This document shows positions 29,148-39,138 of a stretch of 51,886 nt of DNA, one piece after another. The first letter of the stretch is position 1; each line of letters opens with the position of its first letter. The notes under the pieces were generated by a model, which saw only the letters and a list, made by a program, of their open reading frames with translations, did not search any database and was not told the DNA's origin. The stretch is from contig CBDANQ010000014.1 of NCBI GenBank assembly GCA_965197725.1, forward strand, positions 1-51,886. Reading direction: 5' to 3'. This DNA comes from Longimicrobiales bacterium. GTDB lineage: Bacteria > Gemmatimonadota > Gemmatimonadetes > Longimicrobiales > Gaopeijiaceae. The translations under genes were made by a program, and so were the position numbers.

Positions 29148-29546
29148 ATGATGAAGCACACCGCCGCTGCCACGCTCTTCGCCGCCTTTCTGATCCACGC
29201 CTCCCTCGCCGCGCAACAGGAATCTGCGAGGGATCTCACCGAGGATATGCTCGCCGCCTACACGGAGGCGTACATCGCGCTCAGCTTGGCCCGGGACGAC
29301 TTCCAACGCGAGATCGCCGGCACGCACGAAATCCAGGAGCAGGCCCGGCTGAGGGCCGAGATGAACGATCGCATTGCTTCGGTGCTGTCCGAACACGAGA
29401 TGTCCGCAGAGGACTACGACTGGATCACAGCTGTGATCAGCGTAGACGAGTCTTTGCGAGACCGTTTCGAAGCACTCTTGGCAGAATTGAGCACGAGCCC
29501 ACCCGGACAGCCGAGCGTGGAGGTCGCCACGCTCGACGATGGCTGA
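29148..29546 (+). CDS. DUF4168-like small exported helical protein
   Basis: Signal peptide MMKHTAAATLFAAFLIHASLAA; helical pattern L.AY..AY..L...R...Q...M...I..VL.EH.MS.EDY..I...I..D..LR.R. Confidence 0.65.
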   Translation: MMKHTAAATLFAAFLIHASLAAQQESARDLTEDMLAAYTEAYIALSLARDDFQREIAGTHEIQEQARLRAEMNDRIASVLSEHEMSAEDYDWITAVISVDESLRDRFEALLAELSTSPPGQPSVEVATLDDG

Positions 29547-29561
29547 TACCGTACACTCGGG

Positions 29562-30701
29562 TCAATTCCCTTCGGCTTGAGCGTCCACCCCGCGGGCGCC
29601 GACAAGCTTCGCGACCGCCGCTAGTGTCGTCTGCGCCGCGTTGAAGCCTAAGCGGAAGTCGGCGTCCGAGAACGTGACGAACAGATCCGTCGGCTGGTGC
29701 CAGTGCGGGTTCGCCCGGTTTCCCGTTTCGTAGAGGCGCCGGTTTTCGCGAAGGCTCACCGAAGGCACGAGATCCATGAAAGGCGTCGAGTCGGTGTTGC
29801 TCATCGCGTTGCTCATGACAGCCGGGTAGTCCGTCGCGAACATTCGGTTCGCGTTCAGCAGCACGAGCGCGAGCTGGGCCGACTCGGCCGCCATCGCCGA
29901 GTTGAGCTGGAACTCGATGTCCACATCGGCATCCAACGCTTGGTTGAACGTCACAGGGTTGCCGTGATCCCACAGCATCATGTCGTGCTGAATCATGCCG
30001 AGCCATTTCGGCTCAGGATATCGTCCTGAACCTGCCGGGTCCTCGATGCCCTGGAGCTCTGCCCGTTGCTCCACGTAGGCACGGGCTCCGTTCAGCCCCG
30101 TCTCTTCGTTGTTCCAGAGCGCGAACCGGATGGTGCGCGCGGTCTCGATTTCGGGGCCGGACAGGGCCCTCGCGATCTCCATGACGAGCGCGGTACCCGA
30201 GCCGTCGTCGTTGGCGGCTTCACCCCCGCCGCGACCATCCATATGCCCGCTGATGATGTACATCTCGCCCGGCACGTCACTGCCCCACTTGGTTGCGAAA
30301 ACCTGCTCACGAGGCTCCGGCGTGTCCGATTCACGCGGGGTGAACATGTAGTGGAAACGCTCCGTCTCGTAGCCCCATCCCCGGAGCTGAGCCTCGATCC
30401 AATCGACCGCGGCAGCGTTACGCGGCGTGCCTTGCTCGCGATCCCCGAACTCGGTCAGTCCGCGGATCAGATCCTTGAAGCTGTCGAAGTCGAGCCGGGC
30501 AACGATCTCCTGCCGCGCACTGTCGGCCGCCGACATCGGGACGCCACCGAGAATGTTCCGGGTCGAGCGAGCAGGTCGCTCGTCCTGACCTCCAGCCCCT
30601 TGCGCCGATGCCTCGCCGGACCAGCCGCTGAGCGTGATGAGGGCAACTGCCGTCAGTAGCGAGCAGGAGGGGGCCCGAGCGAAGTCGATGCGGTTCGGCA
30701 T
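29562..30701 (-). CDS. Secreted M28-family metallopeptidase
   Basis: Signal peptide from probable start 30701; SGHMDG, AANDDGSG, NNEETGLNG, QHDMM, NTDS, HWHQPTD. Confidence 0.88.
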   Translation of the reverse strand: MPNRIDFARAPSCSLLTAVALITLSGWSGEASAQGAGGQDERPARSTRNILGGVPMSAADSARQEIVARLDFDSFKDLIRGLTEFGDREQGTPRNAAAVDWIEAQLRGWGYETERFHYMFTPRESDTPEPREQVFATKWGSDVPGEMYIISGHMDGRGGGEAANDDGSGTALVMEIARALSGPEIETARTIRFALWNNEETGLNGARAYVEQRAELQGIEDPAGSGRYPEPKWLGMIQHDMMLWDHGNPVTFNQALDADVDIEFQLNSAMAAESAQLALVLLNANRMFATDYPAVMSNAMSNTDSTPFMDLVPSVSLRENRRLYETGNRANPHWHQPTDLFVTFSDADFRLGFNAAQTTLAAVAKLVGARGVDAQAEGN

Positions 30702-30852
30702 GATGGTTCCGTGGGGACAAGACCGTCTGGAGCGAGAGACACAACATCCGCCCAGTGGCGAAGAGGGCGCAAGCGGGGGCCCCCACGCCGGATCGCGTGG
30801 GTCGCTTGGCCACCCTAGTATGGTATCTATGGACGTCGAGACTCTCGGGAAC

Positions 30853-32187
30853 ATGCTGAACCGGCGTACGCCGCTGATCGCCGGCGTTGCTCTCGCCCTT
30901 TGGTCGCCCCCCCTGGCAGCGCAGGTCGGTTGGGGTGTCGTCCCCCAAGTGGCGTCGGCGTTACCCGTGCAAGCGAGCGCGGCCGATGCGAGCGAATCGG
31001 CTGACCAGGCCCGAGAGCCCGGTGCACGACTCCGTGTCTGGCTCATCACGACCGGACCGGGAGACGCGGTGTGGGAGCGTTTCGGTCACAATGCGCTGCG
31101 CGTGTTGGACACCGAGACAGGCCGGGACGTCGCCTACAACTGGGGCATCTTCGACTTCAACCAGGTCGACTTCATTCCCCGGTTCCTCAAGGGTCAGATG
31201 CTATACATGATGGCGCCCTTCTCGACGGCTGCGATGGTCGACTCCTATGCGCGCGCGAATCGTGAGGTCGTCATGCAGCAGCTGGCTCTCACGCCGAGTC
31301 AGCGCCTGATGCTGCTCGAGCTCGCTGAAGTGAATGCCTTGCCCCAGAATCGAGACTACCTCTACGACTACTTCCTCGACAACTGCTCGACCCGCGTTCG
31401 CGACTTGCTCGACCAGGTCCTGGGCGGCGCACTCTTCGAGCAGCTCGGCACGAGGGATACGGGCACGGCGTACCGGACCCACACGCGCCGCCTCACCCAG
31501 ATCGATCCGGTCGTGTTCACGGGCATGGACGTGCTTCTCGGTAGCCCCGGTGACCACCCGATCTCCCTCTGGGAGGAGATGTTCGTTCCCATGGCGCTAC
31601 GGGACGCCATCCGGGACGCGACCGTCACGGACGGAGACGGGCTCGAGGTACCGCTGGTGCTGAGGGAAGAGGTCATAGTTTCTTCGAGGCGGAAAGCCGA
31701 GCCCGTGCGCGCACGGTCCTGGTTCTGGCGCTATCTCGTACTGGGAGCTCTCATGGGCGGGCTGCTCGCGTGGGTCGGGCGGCGTGCCGCGAGGGGATCC
31801 CGATTGTTCCGTGTTCTCATGGGCGCGCTCGCTTCCACATGGAGTCTGCTGGCGGGGGTGAGTGGCTTGATCCTCGTGCTCGTGCTGCTCACCGATCATT
31901 GGTCGATGACGAAGAACGAGAGCCTCTTCCTGCTCAACCCCGTGTCGTTGCCGCTCGTCGTCCTGGTGCCCTTGGCTCTGGCCGGGAGGGACGCGGCGCT
32001 CCGGCACGCGCGCATGCTCGGCTTTGTCGCGGTCGGAGTCGCGGCACTCGGAGTCCTTTTCCAACTGCTACCGGCTACGGCCCAGCAGACCGGAATGCTC
32101 TTCGCGCTCTTCCTGCCGATCCACATCGGCCTCGCCGCGGCGTTGCATGCGGTGGCAGAACTACGGCCCCGCCACCCCAGCGGGTGA
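30853..32187 (+). CDS. DUF4105-domain membrane protein (Lnb-type lipoprotein N-acyltransferase-like)
   Basis: Signal peptide; TTGPGDAVWERFGHNALRV, YNWGIFDF, YLYDYFLDNCSTRVRD, MFVPMAL; about five C-terminal TM helices. Confidence 0.78.
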   Translation: MLNRRTPLIAGVALALWSPPLAAQVGWGVVPQVASALPVQASAADASESADQAREPGARLRVWLITTGPGDAVWERFGHNALRVLDTETGRDVAYNWGIFDFNQVDFIPRFLKGQMLYMMAPFSTAAMVDSYARANREVVMQQLALTPSQRLMLLELAEVNALPQNRDYLYDYFLDNCSTRVRDLLDQVLGGALFEQLGTRDTGTAYRTHTRRLTQIDPVVFTGMDVLLGSPGDHPISLWEEMFVPMALRDAIRDATVTDGDGLEVPLVLREEVIVSSRRKAEPVRARSWFWRYLVLGALMGGLLAWVGRRAARGSRLFRVLMGALASTWSLLAGVSGLILVLVLLTDHWSMTKNESLFLLNPVSLPLVVLVPLALAGRDAALRHARMLGFVAVGVAALGVLFQLLPATAQQTGMLFALFLPIHIGLAAALHAVAELRPRHPSG

Positions 32188-32250
32188 CGGGGCCGCTTCA
32201 GGTCCTAGGACCCGAGCGAACGCGGGGTTGAACGGGCCGCCGTTCGTGGG

Positions 32251-33882
<1,632 letters not shown>

Positions 33883-33909
33883 TCATATCTCCTATTTCGT
33901 CGAATGCGC

Positions 33910-34210
33910 TTATGGGACGATGGCGAGGATGTCGGACTCGCGGAGGATGAGGTACTCCTTACCGTCCAGAGTCACGTCGGTGCCGCTGTACTTCCCGTAC
34001 AGCACTTTGTCTCCGACCTTCACGTCCATCTCGAGCCGGGCACCCTCGTCAGAAACCTTGCCCGGACCCACTGCGATGACCTTGCCTTGGGGAGGGCTTC
34101 TCCTTGGCCGTGTCGGGGATGTACAGTCCACCCCGCATCTGCTCATCCTCGTCGAGCGGCAATACCACCACCCGGTCCGACAACGGCTTAACGCTTGTCT
34201 TTTTGCCCAT
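33910..34210 (-). CDS. groS: Co-chaperonin GroES, frameshifted as assembled (+1 base near 34089-34092)
   Basis: KPLSDRVVV...[14 protein letters not shown] in one frame, [10 protein letters not shown]...YGKYSGT...LRESDILA in the next. Removing one C from CCCTCCCCAAGGC restores KPSQGK. Confidence 0.93.
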
Positions 34211-34260
34211 CTGGCCTACTCCTGCTGAAAGGGCCGTGTTGCGTTGGGATTTCGGGGCTA

Positions 34261-34287
34261 CTAGCACTCAACGGAGGTGAGTGCCAA
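34261..34287 (-). promoter_or_regulatory. CIRCE element (HrcA operator) upstream of groES-groEL
   Basis: TTGGCACTC-N9-GAGTGCTAG versus consensus TTAGCACTC-N9-GAGTGCTAA; TTGACA -35 box at 34318-34323. Confidence 0.92.
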
Positions 34288-34360
34288 CCGGACGTAAAGT
34301 GCCACTTCTGGGGATTGTGTCAAGCGATGGACCGAGGCCTGGCCAACTGCTGGAGCTTCC

Positions 34361-35140
34361 CTAGCAAGCGCCTGCGATGATGTCCCCAGCCATTGCCAGT
34401 CCGTAGAGCGTTAGAAATGGCTCGATCCGGTCCACAGTGGTCAGGTAGGGACCCATCGTGTCCGCAAATCCACCGGTGGCGACCACATATGCCTCAGGCC
34501 GATCCCACTCGTGCTTGATGCGCCGCACGATGCCGTCGACGGCGTCGATCGCTTGATAGAAGACCCCGCTCTGAATGCACGTCTCCGTGCGTCTACCAAT
34601 GACGATCTCGGGCGGCTTGAGCTCGACATTCGGCAGCTTGGCGGTGCGAGCCGACAGCCACTCGAGGCCCGCGTTCAGCCCAGGGGAGATGACGCCACCG
34701 CTGAACACACCCTCGCCCGTGATGCAGTCGAACGTGGTGGCGGTCCCGAGATCGACCGCAATCGTATCGCGGCGGTACAACTCGCGTGCCGCGAGGGTAT
34801 TGACGATTCGGTCGGCACCGACGGAGAGCGGCTCCTCGACGTCGAGCTCGATGGGGAGACCGGACTCCGGCCCCACGGCGATGACCTGGCTTTGAGTGAT
34901 CTCGCCGAGTGTCTTCATCCAGACTTGGTTCACGGAAGGGACCACAGAGCCGACCACGCCGCGCGTTATCAGGGCCTCGTCGATGTCGTCGCCCGCCAGG
35001 AAGGCCCTGATCAGCGCGGTCATCTCGTCGCTGGTGCGCGGGACGCCCGAACTCACCCTCCAGTGCGCGGCCAACGCGGTCGTACTCGTGGCCAGCCCTA
35101 CGACGGTCTCAGTGTTTCCTACGTCGACGACCAGCTGCAT
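34361..35140 (-). CDS. coaX: Type III pantothenate kinase
   Basis: VVDVGNTE, SVVP, VGADRIVN, VDLGTATTFD, GGVISPG, TAKLP, ATGG; start at 35140. Confidence 0.96.
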   Translation of the reverse strand: MQLVVDVGNTETVVGLATSTTALAAHWRVSSGVPRTSDEMTALIRAFLAGDDIDEALITRGVVGSVVPSVNQVWMKTLGEITQSQVIAVGPESGLPIELDVEEPLSVGADRIVNTLAARELYRRDTIAVDLGTATTFDCITGEGVFSGGVISPGLNAGLEWLSARTAKLPNVELKPPEIVIGRRTETCIQSGVFYQAIDAVDGIVRRIKHEWDRPEAYVVATGGFADTMGPYLTTVDRIEPFLTLYGLAMAGDIIAGAC

Positions 35141-35207
35141 TGGACTCTCCGTCCGTATGTGCGCGGCCCAGCCCCCTTCCCGATTACCCTTCGAGCGTCG
35201 CCCTGAT

Positions 35208-36005
35208 CTACTCCAGGCGGACGCTCCCGGCCACCACACCTACCCAGGAACCGTCGTCGCGCTCCAGCAACAGTGCACCGCTCTCGAGAATACCGCGCGC
35301 GATCCCAAGGCCCTCCTGTTCCGTGCGCACCCGCTGGTTCGAGAACGCGTCGCGGCGGTTCAGGGCGGCGAGCACCCGCTCCGGAAGTGGGAGGCTGTGG
35401 GGATCCTCGGCCCCTGTCACTCGCTTCAGCTCCCCGAGGATCGCGCCTGAAAGTGCCGCCCGGGACACCGGTGCCTCTACCGACTCCTCGAGCGAGGCCG
35501 CGCGCGAGGCGATGTCGGGTGCGAAGCCGCCTGACGGCGTGCGCACGTTGACACCGATGCCCGCCGCGACGACCTCCCCCGAAGCGGCCGAGCTGTCGCT
35601 CACGGCCTCGCACAGGACGCCCGCCACCTTCTTCCCTCCGATGGTGACGTCGTTCGGCCATTCGATTCCAGCCTCAATCGCCGGCGCCACTTGCTCGACG
35701 GCTCGCGCCGTCGCGAGTCCCACGATCAGCGGCAGATACACCACGGACGGGCTCGGAGCCGGGAGCAGCACCGACATCCAGAGGCCGCACCCGGCCGGAG
35801 AGTGCCACGTAGCGCAGCGCCGGCCACGCCCGGCGCTCTGGGACTCGGAGATGACGACCGAAAAGTGTCCGGCGCCCTGCCCTGCGATCTCCTTCAAGCG
35901 ATCGCTCGTCGAACCGAGCTCGTCGTGTGCTTCGAAGACCGGCACACTCCACAAGTCGGTCCATACAGAAACCGGCTCGCCTTCCCAGTGGGTCAGGCGT
36001 GCCAC
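35208..36005 (-). CDS. birA: Biotin--[acetyl-CoA-carboxylase] ligase (no HTH domain)
   Basis: QSAGRGR...WHSP, GLWMS, IEWPNDV, KKVAGVLCE, GIGVNV; probable GTG start at 36005. Confidence 0.9.
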   Translation of the reverse strand: MARLTHWEGEPVSVWTDLWSVPVFEAHDELGSTSDRLKEIAGQGAGHFSVVISESQSAGRGRRCATWHSPAGCGLWMSVLLPAPSPSVVYLPLIVGLATARAVEQVAPAIEAGIEWPNDVTIGGKKVAGVLCEAVSDSSAASGEVVAAGIGVNVRTPSGGFAPDIASRAASLEESVEAPVSRAALSGAILGELKRVTGAEDPHSLPLPERVLAALNRRDAFSNQRVRTEQEGLGIARGILESGALLLERDDGSWVGVVAGSVRLE

Positions 36006-36028
36006 GAAGCTACCGCGCGCCTCTAGAA

Positions 36029-36049
36029 GGCTGTTGAAGAAGTACAGCG
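36029..36049 (+). repeat. 21-nt intergenic repeat, copy 2
   Basis: Identical to 18394-18414; preceded by CTAGAA. Confidence 0.85.
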
Positions 36050-36244
36050 CGCCGCCACCCGTGCTGTCGCACGGGTCCCCGGGGTGCCACGGCCCCGGAG
36101 GGCACCCGCGCGTAGCGTGGGTCACGGAGCTTCGCAGACATAGCCGTCGCTACGGCGAGAAGTTCCAACGACGGAGATGGGGCCGTGCCACCCCAACCCA
36201 CAGACATGCGTGTCCTTTCATCAAGATGTTGGGGCAGATGCCGG

Positions 36245-37028
36245 TCACCGCATCCGCAGGTAGGAGAGGAAGGCGCCGCCGATGAGCCAGCAATACGGTG
36301 CGAAGAGGTGAAATGAGCGCTTGTCGAGCATCGCGATAAACGTTCGGATGGCGAGCACGCCGGTTACCGCAGCCACTGAGCTACCCACGAGCAGGGGCGT
36401 CATGCCCAGCGCGGAAGCCGAACCAAGATCGGAAATCTGGAGCACTGCCGCGCCCGCGATCGCCGGTATCGCCATGAGGAATGAGAAGGCCGCTGCTTCC
36501 TTGGCGTGCACCCCGAGCCCACAGTGCGGCGACCACGGTCGTCCCGGATCGCGAGATGCCGGGCACGAGCGCACACACCTGCGCCAGGCCGATCAACACC
36601 GCGGCTGTAAACGCCGGGCGTTCGCGCGCTGTCCGGGCGATCCCGCCGCGGCTCGACCACAGGACGGCGCCGGTCACCAGGAGCCCGACACCCGATACCA
36701 TGGGGTTGTCGAAGAGCGCCTCGATGCGGTCCTGCGCCAAGCCGCCCACGATCACGATCGGGATCGTCGCCGTGACAATCAGCCCCACGTATGCTAACGC
36801 CTCGCGATCCCGCTCGAGTACGCCTCTCACGAGGTCCGCGATCCGGGCGCGATATACGATCAGGATCGAGCTCAGCGTCGCGACATGCACCGCGACTCCG
36901 AAGCGCACGCCCCGCATTGCGGTTCCGAGCACCGACTGGGTAACAACCAGATGACCCGAACTGGAGACTGGCAGGAATTCCGTCGCTCCCTGGACGAATC
37001 CGAGAACGGCGGCTTCCCAAACGGTCAT
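36245..37028 (-). CDS. uppP: Undecaprenyl-diphosphate phosphatase, frameshifted as assembled (+1 base near 36518-36520)
   Basis: QGATEFLPVSSSGH and PGISRSGTT in one frame, AAAFSFLMAIPAI in the next. Removing one G from CTGTGGGCTCGGG restores LWLGV. Confidence 0.92.
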
Positions 37029-38158
37029 CGAGGCGCCCCGAGCACCTGCTCGTAGTACCGCTCGTACAGAGGCACGACTCGCTCTGCCGAGAACCGTTCC
37101 TGGGCGACTGCCCGCCCCGCCTCCGAGAGCGACCGCCAAAGATCGTCGTCTCCCATGATGCGCAGTCCCGCCTCAGCCATGCCGTCGATGTCCCCGATGT
37201 CGAACATGTAGCCGGTCGTCCCATGTTCGATGACCTCGGGCAGCCCGCCCACATTCGATGCCACGACCGGCGCACCACACGCCATGGCTTCGAGCGCGAC
37301 GAGACCAAACGACTCGCTGGCCGAAGGCAGCAAGAAGAGGTCCGCGCACGAAAGCAACTCATGCACGGAGGTGTGCTTGCCAAGGAAAAGGACCCGGTCA
37401 CGCACACCGAGCTCATCGGCGCGCATGAGGACCCTAGGCCGTTCCGGTCCGTCTCCGACGAGCACCAGTCTCGACGGCTGCTTCGCCGTCAACCGGGCGA
37501 AGATGGACACGACGTCTTCCGCGCGCTTCACCGCGCGAAAGTTGGAGACGTGCATCACGATCTTCTCGCCTTCCGGGGCGAGCGCTTCGCGGTGGCACGG
37601 CTCGAGCCCTGGCCGGTAGACCTCGGTGTCGATGAAGTTCGGGATCATCTCGACCCGTTGTTCCGAAACCGTGAAGTCCCTCACGGTCTCACGCTTCAAG
37701 AACTCCGATACCGCGGTCAGCCCGTGCGACCTCAGTATTGAGAAGCGTGTGATGGCATGGAACGACGGGTGAAGCCCTACGAGTGTGATGTCCGTGCCGT
37801 GCAGCGTCGTGACGATTTTCAGGTCGCTCTCTTCACCCAGCATCTGGTGAGCGATCCATGCCGACGTGGCATGCGGGATGGCGTAGTGTACGTGCACCAG
37901 GTCCAGCTCGTGCTTGCGCGCGGTATCGTGCAACGCGACCGCGAGCGCGAGCGCGTACGGGGGATGCTCGAAGAGCGGGTAGTCCTCCATCTCGACCTCG
38001 TGGAAAAACACCCGCTCACGGAAGTGCTCCAGGCGGAACGGCTGGGCGTACGAGACGAAGTGTACCTCGTGCCCGCGCTGAGCGAGCTCGAGGCCTAGTT
38101 CGGTCGCGACCGCTCCGGAGCCGCCGTACGTCGGATAGCACGTGATGCCGATCCTCAT
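37025..38158 (-). CDS. bshA: N-acetyl-alpha-D-glucosaminyl L-malate synthase (bacillithiol biosynthesis)
   Basis: MRIGITCYPTYGGSGAVATELG, HVHYAIPHA, TTLHGTDITLVG, HVSNFRAVKR, ESFGLVALEAM. Confidence 0.95.
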   Translation of the reverse strand: MRIGITCYPTYGGSGAVATELGLELAQRGHEVHFVSYAQPFRLEHFRERVFFHEVEMEDYPLFEHPPYALALAVALHDTARKHELDLVHVHYAIPHATSAWIAHQMLGEESDLKIVTTLHGTDITLVGLHPSFHAITRFSILRSHGLTAVSEFLKRETVRDFTVSEQRVEMIPNFIDTEVYRPGLEPCHREALAPEGEKIVMHVSNFRAVKRAEDVVSIFARLTAKQPSRLVLVGDGPERPRVLMRADELGVRDRVLFLGKHTSVHELLSCADLFLLPSASESFGLVALEAMACGAPVVASNVGGLPEVIEHGTTGYMFDIGDIDGMAEAGLRIMGDDDLWRSLSEAGRAVAQERFSAERVVPLYERYYEQVLGAPR

Positions 38159-39138
38159 GACGCCACCCCACAACGCCCGCCCGCCCGGGCGACGCTGTCC
38201 GCGCTCCACGCCTCAAGAGTCGTGCGCACCTGATCCTCGATCGGCCCCGTGGCGTCGATGCGAAGCGTCGAATCGGGCAGCTGATTTCGGAACCACGTAA
38301 TCTGGCGCCGAGCGTACCGACGCGTGTTCGCGCGGATCTCTTCCATGGCCTCCTCGAGCGTGATCTCGCCCTCTAGGTGTCGGATCGCTTCCCGGTATCC
38401 TGTCCCGGTCATCCCGGGCGCGTCCGCGTCATACCCGGCGTCCAGCAGGCCCCGTACCTCTTCCAGAAGTCCCCGTTCCACCATGCAGCTCACGCGGTGG
38501 TCGATGCGGCGATCCATTTCCTCGCGCGGGAGCTCGAGCACCACGACCATTCCGGCGATCCGCTCGGCCTCCGCAGGCGCCTCGCGATGCCAACGCGACA
38601 GCGGTACCCCAGTGAGCAGAGCGACCTCGAGCGTGCGACTCATTCGCTGGGGACCGCCCTGGATCGCAAGAGACGCCCTGTCCGGGTCGAGCCGCTCCAC
38701 CCATCTGGCGAGCAATGCCGGCTCCTGTCGCTTCAGGTAGTTACGGATCGCTTCGACGCGCGCCGTCTCCACTGGAGGCTCCGCGAAGATGGGCTCCATG
38801 ACTGCCTTCAAGAAGAAACCCGTGCCGCCGGCGATGACCGGGATTCGTCCCCTTCCCGAGATCTCGTCCACCCAACCGCGCACGTCCCGGGCGAACTGAC
38901 CTGCCGAGTATCGTCCGTCTGGCCGGACCAGGTCGAGACCGTGATGCGGAACGCGCTTCCTATCCTCCGCGAGCACCTTGTCGGTCCCGATGTCCATGCC
39001 TGCATACACCTGGCGCGAGTCCATCGAGATGATCTCGATGTCGAGGTGCTCGGCGAGCGCCAGCGAGAGGTCGGTTTTCCCGGAGGCGGTGGGGCCCGTG
39101 ACCGCGAGGAAAGACGTGGCGCCGTCGGATGTGTTCAC
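38155..39138 (-). CDS. miaA: tRNA dimethylallyltransferase
   Basis: GPTASGKT, DSRQVY.GMDIGTDK, GGTGFF, TRRYARRQITWF. Confidence 0.97.
   Translation of the reverse strand: MNTSDGATSFLAVTGPTASGKTDLSLALAEHLDIEIISMDSRQVYAGMDIGTDKVLAEDRKRVPHHGLDLVRPDGRYSAGQFARDVRGWVDEISGRGRIPVIAGGTGFFLKAVMEPIFAEPPVETARVEAIRNYLKRQEPALLARWVERLDPDRASLAIQGGPQRMSRTLEVALLTGVPLSRWHREAPAEAERIAGMVVVLELPREEMDRRIDHRVSCMVERGLLEEVRGLLDAGYDADAPGMTGTGYREAIRHLEGEITLEEAMEEIRANTRRYARRQITWFRNQLPDSTLRIDATGPIEDQVRTTLEAWSADSVARAGGRCGVAS

Noticed and set aside
30634..31049. Apparent long overlap of the divergent M28 peptidase and DUF4105 ORFs
   Set aside because: Both have signal peptides starting further in (30701 and 30853), leaving a normal divergent spacer.
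32205..32250. Possible bidirectional terminator between the DUF4105 gene and groEL
   Set aside because: The stem is imperfect and there is no U tract on either strand.
33910..34210. Programmed ribosomal frameshifting in groES or uppP
   Set aside because: No canonical slippery heptamer or stimulatory structure seen; both are +1 extensions of short homopolymers typical of sequencing error.
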